A DNA stretch of 64,000 bases from a virus. Shown piece by piece: positions 55,513-64,000 of the stretch. The notes under the pieces were generated by a model, which saw only the letters and a program-made list of their open reading frames with translations, made no database searches and was not told where the DNA came from. Numbering within the stretch: the stretch's first letter is position 1; every line of letters starts with the position of its first letter. The DNA lies in IMG/VR virus record IMGVR_UViG_3300006188_000008. The stretch is one strand, 5' to 3'. The translations under genes were made by a program, and so were the position numbers.

Positions 55513-58500
55513 CTATTGAATATCATTATTGTAAGGAGTCCACCAAACATCAGTTTTATTGGATTTCTTACCAATATCTTTTCCATCATTTTTCAAATTA
55601 ACATTTACGTCAACTTGACCTTTAATATTTCCAATAACGCTTGGAAGGGTAGATCCTCCGAACGAACCGTCTTTCATCATTCTGCCTTGAATATTATCAT
55701 GGCCCATTCCCTCCCAGACATTTTTAAATTTGGGAGTAGAATATTGACCAAATTCAGGATCAAAACGATAATCTTTCATTCCAAATTGGGTTTTATACTT
55801 TTGCATAGGATCTGCCTTACCTCCGTGATCTTGTCCAGTGTAGTAAGGGTTGTTTCCGTGATCGGCACCAAATTGAGTCCCTGTGGGAAATTCTTTGGTT
55901 CCAAATCCAGCCTTTAATCTAAATAGTTCAGACTCATCTTGCATTCTTTGATTTAGATCTTCAACTCCGTAAGTGCCTTTTTCATCTTGCTTACTTAAAG
56001 TTTTTTGAAGTTCCAAAATTCTATTTTGCTTATCTAATTCATTAGTGGTATCTTTAAGTTTATTTAGATAAGTAGTTTGAAGATTAGCTAAATCAATACG
56101 ATTTTGTTTTTGAGCAGCCATAATTTCAAGAGGAGATTTGCTAGGATTTAGGTCCTTATCCGTCTCTTGCTGAAGTTTAATAGCTAACATTGCTTTCTCA
56201 AGTTCATATTGTTCTTTGAGATTGGCTACATATTGAGATTTATTTTTACTTGCTAAATCATTATATTGAGAAGTAAATTCAAGCTGAGCTTTAGCTGCTT
56301 CCATAGTTTTATATTGAGCATCTAATTCATCTTTTTTATTCTTAATAGTCTCAGTTTGAGAAGTCTTTTTATTATTCTCTCTAAATACGTCAACATCTTT
56401 AGAATATTGCTTTTCTCTAGAAGAAACTTGCTGATCTCTTTCAGCTTTAATTCCTTCAATTTGTTCTCTAGCTTGTTGGCGAATTTTAGGATCACGCATT
56501 TGAGTATTACTTTTATCATTTAGTTTATTTTGTATATAAGTAATTCTTCTTTGAGCATTGTTTTTAATAAGATCAACATCGTTTTTAAGCTGATCTTGCA
56601 TAGACTTCTCAATAGATTTGTTAGTTTTTTCAATTTCTTTTAAAATTTGTGCTCTCTCGGCGTAAGGCTTATTATCCATACGAATATTGAGAATATCTTT
56701 TTTAGTAGTAGCTGCACCCATTTGATCGCTCAACTGAGCAGCTTTAATATTTCTGACCATATCCACTTGATCTAGTTCCATTTGAACCAGAGTATCAAGA
56801 GTTCTTTGTCTAGCGGCTATTTGTAAATAATCATATTTTTCCCAAATTGCTTTACGAGCTTGATGAGCTTTCTCATCCTGCCCTGCAAATTTCATTAATT
56901 CTTTATCGCGTTCTACAGTAAGAGATTTAACTTCCGCTTTTTCTTCTCCGTAACGATATTTCATTAATCCAATAGTGGTTTGTAGGGCTTCCTGTTCAGC
57001 TTTATCTTGAACACCTAAAGCTTGACTTCTAAGAGCTTTTCGCTTATTGTCATCTTCAGGAGTATTTCCTACAATCATAGAAGACTGAGCAAATAAACTA
57101 TCGGCTTCTCGTTCATAAGAGAGTTTACCTACAGCAGCTAGTTCAGAAATAATAGACTGATTAAAAGCAATATTTCTATCAGCAATTTGTTTTTGAGTCT
57201 GAAGAATTTTTAATTCAGCATCTCTAGCTTTTTGAGCAAAATCCATTCTTTCTTGAGCATTTTTAGTAACGTCATTAGAAAGATCTTTCCATTGGCCAGC
57301 TTGTTTAGTTAATTCTACTAGAGAACCGCCTAAAGCAGACTGATCGCCCATTTGGTCTTTAAAAGAAAGCTTATCTAGAGTATCAGCAAAGTTATTTTCT
57401 AGTGGAACAGATAATTCTTTACCCATTAATCTAGCTAAATTTTGCTGAGCAGCATTAGCATCAGATTGAGCTTTTTTGTAATTCTCGTCTTCAGGATTGT
57501 CAGAGCCCTTAATCATATCCATACGGGCTCTGTAGCGAATACCCAACAGACGTTCACGCTCTGCTTCAATTTCTTTTTTATTTCCACGAGCAAATGTAGA
57601 AGTTGAATCATGAGTATCTAAATAAGCACGATCATTTGCTCTTTGATCAAATCTTCTAGTAGTTCCTAGAGCTTCAATCACTTCCATTGGAATACCTAAT
57701 TTTTTATATTCATCAGAAGCAAGGAGATGCTTAGAGTTCTCTTGACGAGTAGTTCCTCTTCTATCTCTTTCGTCTAAGAAATTATTTCTATAAGTATACC
57801 AATCTTTAGATGACTGAGCTTTCTTTTGAAGCTCATTAATTTTTCCACCTTCACCAAGATCAATTAATCTTTGAATACCTAAAGCAATTCCAGTGAAAAT
57901 ACTACCTATTAATAATACGGGAAAACTAGTAACTGCAGCCCCAAATCTAGTTAATGCTGAAGCAATAGCGTTAGTTTTAGTAGCTACTTGAGCACCTGCG
58001 CCGGCATTCATAGATCCACTGGCAGCACCAATACCTGCAGCTAACCCAGTTTGAGCTAAGCCTCCGGCAAGGGCCCTGCCTGCAATCATTCGTCCGCCCA
58101 TACTAGCAGCACCGCGAGCAGCTACGCCGCCGGCAGCGGCTTCAGCAGCTCCCCCAGCAAGCATTCCAGTTAAACCGAAAGCTTTGGCTCCCCATTGAAC
58201 ACCAGATCCAATAGCCGCAGCACCAGCTAAAGCTGTAATTCCCACAAGAACAGCGTCAATTGCGATTTTTAAAACATCCGGCAAATCGGCTAATACTTTT
58301 AAGAAGTCTGCAGTAGCACTAACAGCTTCTTTCATTATAGGTAATAGAGGTTCAAATAGTGCAGCCGAAGTTTGGAAAATTTGATCTTCCAAATTTGAGA
58401 TACGTCCCATAAGGGTGCTGGATTGCACCATTGCACCTTGACCTTTGGTGGTATCTTGAATAAATTTATCAATAGCGTCCATTACCTGACGACGTTGAGT

Positions 58501-60018
58501 AATAGACTGAAGACTTACACCATTAGAGCCGATTAATACGCCATTATCAGCAAGGATATCATTAGAGATACCAAACTGAGAACGGGCAATTTCAAGACCG
58601 TTACTGTCACCAGCCATAATGCGGCTGATCATTTTTTGAGCGTCTACGATACCAGCATCAGGATTAATAGATCCTAATTCACCAGCCATTTTAATCGTAT
58701 CTTGGAAATCTCTTCCAAGCTTTTTAATAGTCTTCGCTTGGGCAGAGAAGGCAATACCGGTTTGCATTACTTCTCTCATATCAAACGGACTTTGAGCAGC
58801 GTATTGTTTTAAGAAATCAAAATTCTTACTGCTATCCGGTGTTCTAGCAACAATACTCCAACGTCTTTGGAATTGTTCCATTTGTCCGGAAGCGGAAATA
58901 ATATCTTTAGTTAAGCGCGTTAAAGCGGAAGAGAATTGAGAGAAGGCAAGGAAGTTAAGGGCGTCTGTAAGACTGCCTCCTTCGCTTCCTCCAGAGCCTC
59001 CACGACCTCTTCCACCACTACCGCCTTGGTTAGCAGCCCTGCGGGCTTCGGTAGCCTCTCTACGGGCCTGACGGTCGGCTTCAGCCTGAGCTTGTCTTGC
59101 TCTAGTATCAGCTTTTCTTTGTCTAACGGCTTCCGCTTCAGCGTCTCTTTTAGCTTTATTTTCAGCTCTACTATCAGCAATGCGTTTATCATTAGCTGCT
59201 TTATCCGCTGCCTTTTTGGCTGCTTTATCCTGGGCAGCTTTACGAGCATCTAATTCTTTATAATCGGCATGAGAATATTCGGTATATTGTGAAGTATTAT
59301 TTAATACTCCACCCCATTCGTCGGCAAGATAACTTTCCTCATACTTAATGCGATCTTTAGCATTTCTTTTAGCACGAGCACGATCAGAGCGAAGTTCTCC
59401 TCTAGTCTTTTCAGTAGAAACAGGTCCAGAAAAACTACTATCAGATTTAGCATATCCTTGAGAAGCATTAACGTTATCGTTTAATTTTTTACCAGCAGCA
59501 TCGAATCCACCGATATCAATATTTACTTTTTGTTTACCTAAATTAGCTAGTCTAGCTGTTAAAGAATCAATTTTATTTAAAACTTCTTCAATATTGGAAG
59601 AAATTTGAACTTTATTTTCTTTATTTCTAGGACTGAAAAGTTTCTGAGTTTCTGCTCTCATATCTTTGAAAGTAGCCATGAACTCAGAACGAAGCTCTTT
59701 AGGAATCTTCATGCTGCGCATAGCAGCAGTTACATTTTTAGCTACTTCATTAAAACCAGCGTTAAGAATTTTTAACGGAACTTGACCTTCTTGAGCTAGT
59801 TCTTCAAAAGAATTAACTACCGAACGAATTCTATCTCCGAACAGAACTACGTCTTTTGTATCAAAGATTTTCTTAACATTGATTTTGTTAAGAGCATCAG
59901 AATAGGTCTTGGCTATCTGACTACCAGATTGAGTAGTCATTTTTTCAGCTTTAGCTAGGTCTTGAGCTAATCGTTGAAGACCCAGGATAAAATCTACATC
60001 AAAATTAAAATCAGCCAT
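55513..60018 (-). CDS. Tape measure protein
   Basis: 1501 aa, helical, A/G-rich hydrophobic core, T..G..SNLEDQ motif, downstream of chaperones. Confidence 0.88.
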   Translation of the reverse strand: MADFNFDVDFILGLQRLAQDLAKAEKMTTQSGSQIAKTYSDALNKINVKKIFDTKDVVLFGDRIRSVVNSFEELAQEGQVPLKILNAGFNEVAKNVTAAMRSMKIPKELRSEFMATFKDMRAETQKLFSPRNKENKVQISSNIEEVLNKIDSLTARLANLGKQKVNIDIGGFDAAGKKLNDNVNASQGYAKSDSSFSGPVSTEKTRGELRSDRARAKRNAKDRIKYEESYLADEWGGVLNNTSQYTEYSHADYKELDARKAAQDKAAKKAADKAANDKRIADSRAENKAKRDAEAEAVRQRKADTRARQAQAEADRQARREATEARRAANQGGSGGRGRGGSGGSEGGSLTDALNFLAFSQFSSALTRLTKDIISASGQMEQFQRRWSIVARTPDSSKNFDFLKQYAAQSPFDMREVMQTGIAFSAQAKTIKKLGRDFQDTIKMAGELGSINPDAGIVDAQKMISRIMAGDSNGLEIARSQFGISNDILADNGVLIGSNGVSLQSITQRRQVMDAIDKFIQDTTKGQGAMVQSSTLMGRISNLEDQIFQTSAALFEPLLPIMKEAVSATADFLKVLADLPDVLKIAIDAVLVGITALAGAAAIGSGVQWGAKAFGLTGMLAGGAAEAAAGGVAARGAASMGGRMIAGRALAGGLAQTGLAAGIGAASGSMNAGAGAQVATKTNAIASALTRFGAAVTSFPVLLIGSIFTGIALGIQRLIDLGEGGKINELQKKAQSSKDWYTYRNNFLDERDRRGTTRQENSKHLLASDEYKKLGIPMEVIEALGTTRRFDQRANDRAYLDTHDSTSTFARGNKKEIEAERERLLGIRYRARMDMIKGSDNPEDENYKKAQSDANAAQQNLARLMGKELSVPLENNFADTLDKLSFKDQMGDQSALGGSLVELTKQAGQWKDLSNDVTKNAQERMDFAQKARDAELKILQTQKQIADRNIAFNQSIISELAAVGKLSYEREADSLFAQSSMIVGNTPEDDNKRKALRSQALGVQDKAEQEALQTTIGLMKYRYGEEKAEVKSLTVERDKELMKFAGQDEKAHQARKAIWEKYDYLQIAARQRTLDTLVQMELDQVDMVRNIKAAQLSDQMGAATTKKDILNIRMDNKPYAERAQILKEIEKTNKSIEKSMQDQLKNDVDLIKNNAQRRITYIQNKLNDKSNTQMRDPKIRQQAREQIEGIKAERDQQVSSREKQYSKDVDVFRENNKKTSQTETIKNKKDELDAQYKTMEAAKAQLEFTSQYNDLASKNKSQYVANLKEQYELEKAMLAIKLQQETDKDLNPSKSPLEIMAAQKQNRIDLANLQTTYLNKLKDTTNELDKQNRILELQKTLSKQDEKGTYGVEDLNQRMQDESELFRLKAGFGTKEFPTGTQFGADHGNNPYYTGQDHGGKADPMQKYKTQFGMKDYRFDPEFGQYSTPKFKNVWEGMGHDNIQGRMMKDGSFGGSTLPSVIGNIKGQVDVNVNLKNDGKDIGKKSNKTDVWWTPYNNDIQ

Positions 60019-60024
60019 TACTCT

Positions 60025-60908
60025 TTACTCGCTTGGTATATTTTCTGTAGGGAGATCGGTATCCCAGCTAGTTGATAAGAACATGCTTTCAAAGGTGTTA
60101 TTTGCCTTAGCAATTTCTTCTTCTTTATCAATCTTAATAATTGTTTTCTTTTTATGTGAAAACATTCCTAGGTTATTACACCAATTTTCGAAATTATCTA
60201 ATTTTCCACCAAACATTCCATTTAAAGTGTAAGTAATAAAAGCACCAGCCCAACGATGTTGATTAAATTCAACTTCGTCTTGGTATTTACACATTTGGTA
60301 ACAGGTAAATAAACGTAAAAAGGGTAGACCGTCGATAACATCGTCAGTCCACCCATAAGATTTTTGTATTAAGTGAATACAGTAATCGTAATGATCGAAG
60401 TCTAAATCTAAATATTCGGAGACGATTCCGGTGTCGTCTGTTGCTTTAGTTTTTGAAAAAAAGGGATATCAGCGCCCTTAGAAAAGGCGGATACAAACAT
60501 ACCGATATCAGGATGTTTTACAATTTCAAACAACATAGAAGGTAAAGAAGAAGCTGGGAATTTATTTTCATCATCCAAATGAGCTTGGGTTACTTCTACT
60601 TGACCTTTATCAGGATCAACTCTACGCAGAATACTCAATAGAAATTCGTCCAAATTGGCTTTCATATATTCAAGACCAAAGAGCAGGGACATTTGAAGTA
60701 AAAGGTCTTGAGAGAGACTTTGAGTATTTTCAGAAAATTCTTGAAAACGTTCCATACGCATCTTGAAATCGCCCATACCGAGAGACCAAAGATCTTTACC
60801 CATACCTAGCAACATAAATACGTGCTTATGTCCTAGACGCTTAAAAGTATATTTCTCACCTTCAATTTCAAAAAGAGGGAGATTTGGAAAATGAGAATTT
60901 TGAGACAT
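60025..60908 (-). CDS. Tail assembly chaperone G (60408-60908) and G-T fusion via -1 frameshift
   Basis: Slippery CCCTTTTTTT at 60456-60465; -1 frame is open through YGWTDDVIDGLPFLRL into ORF 60025-60294. Confidence 0.8.
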
Positions 60909-60979
60909 TAAAAGAAAAAATCCTTAAATAATTATTACTGAAAGTTTATTTAGTAATTTATTTTTAGAAAACCTTCCAC

Positions 60980-61008
60980 TTGACAACTTGATTAAAGTAT
61001 GCTAGACT
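60980..61008 (+). promoter_or_regulatory. Sigma70-type promoter of inserted cassette
   Basis: TTGACA-17 bp-TAGACT. Confidence 0.7.
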
Positions 61009-61043
61009 AGGACATAAAAAACTCTCGATAGGGAACATTAGTT

Positions 61044-61334
61044 TTGTATCCAGCTTTACTTCATATTAAAAAAACTTCTAATTTTGTAGATTCCGAGTCT
61101 TGTGGAATTACAAAAGAAGACATTAGTAACCCTCCTGACACTTTAGGCTATGATTATTCAGTTTGGGTAGGAAGAATAGCCACACTTATTTGTTGTGTTA
61201 ATAAAGCTCCAGGAAAAGAAAATGGGACTATTTGTTATATAAAGATAGCACAAAGAACGTTCCTGTATTTAGGAGAAAGTGTAAATTTATATCATGGATG
61301 TAGATATTTAAAAATGTATGGTGTAAGTGCATGA
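61044..61334 (+). CDS. Small paralog 1 (Y...Y[IL]G family)
   Basis: ICYIKIAQRTFLYLG. Confidence 0.55.
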   Translation: MYPALLHIKKTSNFVDSESCGITKEDISNPPDTLGYDYSVWVGRIATLICCVNKAPGKENGTICYIKIAQRTFLYLGESVNLYHGCRYLKMYGVSA

Positions 61335-61615
61335 AAAAAGTTCCTTTATTTCTTAGTGAAACCAATCTAACTGAAATTAGAAAAAATTCTAGCTTTTGTT
61401 TAGATTGGAACAGGACTGGGATGTTTGATTGTGTTAAATGGAATCATACAGTATTACCAGATGTTTATCTTCATGCAGCAATGAATTCCTTAGCAGGCGA
61501 GGATCAAGCCTGTGCTGTCTATAAAAAAGTTAAAACTTTTTATATGTTTATAGGATTTACTACTGGACAATCTCATTGGATACGTAGACTTAGATTAGTA
61601 AGAGATAGATGGTAA
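61331..61615 (+). CDS. Small paralog 2
   Basis: AVYKKVKTFYMFIG. Confidence 0.55.
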   Translation: MKKVPLFLSETNLTEIRKNSSFCLDWNRTGMFDCVKWNHTVLPDVYLHAAMNSLAGEDQACAVYKKVKTFYMFIGFTTGQSHWIRRLRLVRDRW

Positions 61616-61622
61616 AAGTAGA

Positions 61623-61868
61623 ATGATTTTTTTAAGAGCCGATTGTGTTTATAATTTAAAAGATGCTGAAGGTTTTAAATCGGAATGGCATCAGGGTATA
61701 AGTTCTTATAGAACTTCAAAAGGACAAATAGCTGTAATTTCACCAAGAGCCAATATCAAACAAGTTTTAGTATATTTCCAAATCTCTGAAGAAATATGGT
61801 TTTATTTAGGCACTTGTTCAAATCAATGGGAAGCTCCTTTACTTAAAAATTTAAAGAGAGTTATTTAA
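61623..61868 (+). CDS. Small paralog 3
   Basis: LVYFQISEEIWFYLG. Confidence 0.55.
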   Translation: MIFLRADCVYNLKDAEGFKSEWHQGISSYRTSKGQIAVISPRANIKQVLVYFQISEEIWFYLGTCSNQWEAPLLKNLKRVI

Positions 61869-61870
61869 CT

Positions 61871-62146
61871 ATGATTCCAATATTTTTATATCTAGGTAAG
61901 TTAAAAAAACACGAAGACTATTCTATAACCAGACTTGCTAAAAGGGGGTATGAACATGTTCTTTGTCATGGAGGACACCACCTTAATAGAAAAGGTAAGG
62001 GAATTCTTTGCTACACAAAAGACACAAGCGATGATAAGGATAAAATGTATATTTATTATCAAATAAGTAAAGATTTATATACTTATATAGGAGAAGATAT
62101 ACAAAGGTATGATGCAAAATTAATGATTTTATTAAGAAATATCTAA
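61871..62146 (+). CDS. Small paralog 4
   Basis: YIYYQISKDLYTYIG. Confidence 0.55.
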   Translation: MIPIFLYLGKLKKHEDYSITRLAKRGYEHVLCHGGHHLNRKGKGILCYTKDTSDDKDKMYIYYQISKDLYTYIGEDIQRYDAKLMILLRNI

Positions 62147-62153
62147 AAAGATT

Positions 62154-62180
62154 AGCCTACTTTAACCGGTAGGTTTTTTT
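62154..62180 (+). terminator. Intrinsic terminator of cassette
   Basis: GCCTAC/GTAGGT hairpin plus T tract. Confidence 0.65.
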
Positions 62181-62243
62181 ATGTCTTAATTTAGTAATAA
62201 AAAAAGAATCTTGGAAACAAGATTCTTTGTGTCTTAACTATCG

Positions 62244-63206
62244 TTAAGATTCTATAATTTGTTTTTGTTTAGCTTTATTTCTTCTATCAGAAATACACTG
62301 TTTACAGTCTTTCTTCTTAGTTCCATCTTTCAAATTGTAGAAAACCGTATTTTCTTCCGTATATTCATGTCCATTAATACATACTTTCTTTTCTCTACCT
62401 TTTAAATTAGCGTCATGACAAATAAGACACTTATTAAAATAACCTCTATTGTCATTCTTATCTTGAATTCTAAAAAGATTATCTTCTGTTTTAGAATGGC
62501 CACATTTAAAATAATTTCGTCTTAAATCACCTTTAGCAATTGACTCTTCGTGACATTCCTTACACACATTTCTGAATCCTTGTTTGTAGTAAGGATGTTG
62601 AAATTCAAAAATATTACTTTCAGATTTTTCGTGCCCACATGGAAATTTACTATTATCTCTAGTTCTTTGTCTAGGTGGAACATAATTTATGTCAATCTCT
62701 AGTTCTGGGTAATTAGCTTGGTCTTTTCTATTTCTACATTTATGAGCATTTACCCTAAGGCATTCTTTACATCGGCGTTTATATCCTATTTTTCCGTCTT
62801 TATTTTTGTATTGAAGAAGAGTTAAATTTTGTTCGGTATACTCATGACCTTTTTTACAATGATTTATGTGGATAGAATATTGGCCAATAGCCCCTCTACG
62901 AACATTTTCTGATTGAGTTACGGGTTCTAAGTGGTCTGGGTTACAACAAGATCTATTTCTGCATAAATGGTCTAAAACTAATTCTTCAGGAGGAATACCT
63001 TTAAAAATTACATAGACTAATCTATGTAATGCATATATTTTATTTTTATAAGTTAACTTACCATAACCATTAGGACAAACATTATCTTCCCAGATCCAAC
63101 ATTCAGTATTGTTATAATATTTTGTATTTTTTATTAAAAAGGGATTAACTCTAGTATTAAAAAAATTGAAATCTCCTATAAAAGGAGAAAAGTGTTCTCT
63201 ATTCAT
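62244..63206 (-). CDS. HNH homing endonuclease with repeated Cys/His modules
   Basis: CWIW, HRL.Y, LDHLCRNRSCCNPDHLE..T..EN; four C..GH.....N...C..C repeats. Confidence 0.85.
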   Translation of the reverse strand: MNREHFSPFIGDFNFFNTRVNPFLIKNTKYYNNTECWIWEDNVCPNGYGKLTYKNKIYALHRLVYVIFKGIPPEELVLDHLCRNRSCCNPDHLEPVTQSENVRRGAIGQYSIHINHCKKGHEYTEQNLTLLQYKNKDGKIGYKRRCKECLRVNAHKCRNRKDQANYPELEIDINYVPPRQRTRDNSKFPCGHEKSESNIFEFQHPYYKQGFRNVCKECHEESIAKGDLRRNYFKCGHSKTEDNLFRIQDKNDNRGYFNKCLICHDANLKGREKKVCINGHEYTEENTVFYNLKDGTKKKDCKQCISDRRNKAKQKQIIES

Positions 63207-63212
63207 AGTTCC

Positions 63213-63241
63213 ACTATAAAGGTATTACTAGATAGTGTCAA
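63213..63241 (-). promoter_or_regulatory. Sigma70-type promoter of HNH gene
   Basis: TTGACA-17 bp-TATAGT. Confidence 0.7.
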
Positions 63242-63313
63242 TAGTTTTTCATAAAAAAAGAACCCTGTTTCCAAGGTTCTTTTTACTGCAACTTCGGTTA
63301 GAAGTTAGTAGTA

Positions 63314-64000
63314 TCAATAATAGCCACTTAATCTCTTAGGGACGATTAGCTGGCAACCGATATTGAAGGCGTCAGAGTCAAGACTATGAGCGGTCAATTC
63401 GATTTCCATTACAGCTTCGTTTTTATCAGAGATAGAAACGTCCTGAATCGTATTAGCGCGGCAATTCTCCATTACGATAGCGATAGGCAAGGGCTGTCCG
63501 TTAGGAGCAACACGCTGCGCAATCGTAGCGAAAAGAGTAATATTACCAAAATAGTCTTCGTCATTAGGATATAGGGCGGGACGAACCGAATCGAAGTTTT
63601 GGTAAGAAGTAAGAATACTAGTTCCCAAAGCCAAACGCAAAGTATCAATATCAGCCATTTCCAAAAGAGAGGTTCTAATGGAAGGCGAGATCATATCTAC
63701 GCGCTGAAGACCCTTAATATTAGTTCTGCGACCGTCTACTTCTACTTGGCGTTCCTCTTTGTTAATAGCGAACGTAGTGCCTCCACGAGTCGCACCGAGC
63801 TTTCTGGGGGCTACGGTGTTACCGTTAGGATCGGTCCAAGTGTTGGTGTCTCGAATAGCTTCACTAAATGCAATACCAGCGCCGGTAGTTGCAGACAACA
63901 TATCTGCAATATTAGCGTTAACGTAGAGCACTCCGGCATCGAGCACAAGATTCTTTACGGTATCAGGACGTAAACCGGAAAGTGAACTTCCAATTTGAGC
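63314..64000 (-). CDS. Major tail tube protein, 5' end beyond window
   Basis: LDAGVLYVN...LGATRGG..F.I..E.R.VEVDG; frame is open to the window edge. Confidence 0.75.
   Translation of the reverse strand, partial: AQIGSSLSGLRPDTVKNLVLDAGVLYVNANIADMLSATTGAGIAFSEAIRDTNTWTDPNGNTVAPRKLGATRGGTTFAINKEERQVEVDGRRTNIKGLQRVDMISPSIRTSLLEMADIDTLRLALGTSILTSYQNFDSVRPALYPNDEDYFGNITLFATIAQRVAPNGQPLPIAIVMENCRANTIQDVSISDKNEAVMEIELTAHSLDSDAFNIGCQLIVPKRLSGYY

Noticed and set aside
60456-60465. Tail chaperone -1 frameshift as a novelty
   Set aside because: Standard for long-tailed phages; listed as a feature only.

Overview
The window is 64 kb of a large, AT-rich tailed phage (siphovirus-like: tail tube, tail-assembly chaperone with -1 frameshift, 1501-aa tape measure, no sheath seen). 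It uses the standard genetic code; no host housekeeping block, integrase or CRISPR was seen. The minus-strand left part (1-27 kb) holds dUTPase, Pth, many small Cys-rich paralogs, intein-containing TerL, an amidase, a ribonucleotide reductase, a Ro60/TROVE protein, an N-domain-less ClpB, a BCS1-like AAA ATPase, an orphan HicA, a non-coding RNA array and TerS. The plus-strand middle (27-47.8 kb) is replication/recombination: SNF2, UDG-PolA fusion, SSB, RecA, intein-containing DnaB, primase, an SbcD-SbcC fusion, RecU-like nuclease and a YkuD protein. The minus-strand right part is holin and tail genes with an inserted plus-strand cassette. The most unusual region is the RNA array at about 20.8-23.8 kb, read from one sigma70-type promoter. 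It contains seven divergent tRNA bodies that all carry anticodon GAA, A73 and CCA; each has a 31-39 mismatch and none has an intact D/T-loop elbow. Interleaved are three circularly permuted, YrlA (Y RNA)-like tRNA mimics that keep the elbow but lack a free acceptor end and share a TACATTC motif, a 141-nt CCA-ended tRNA-like RNA, and several hairpin RNAs. A Ro60 gene lies 8-10 kb away. All assignments are by eye from motifs and hand folding; no database search or folding program was run.
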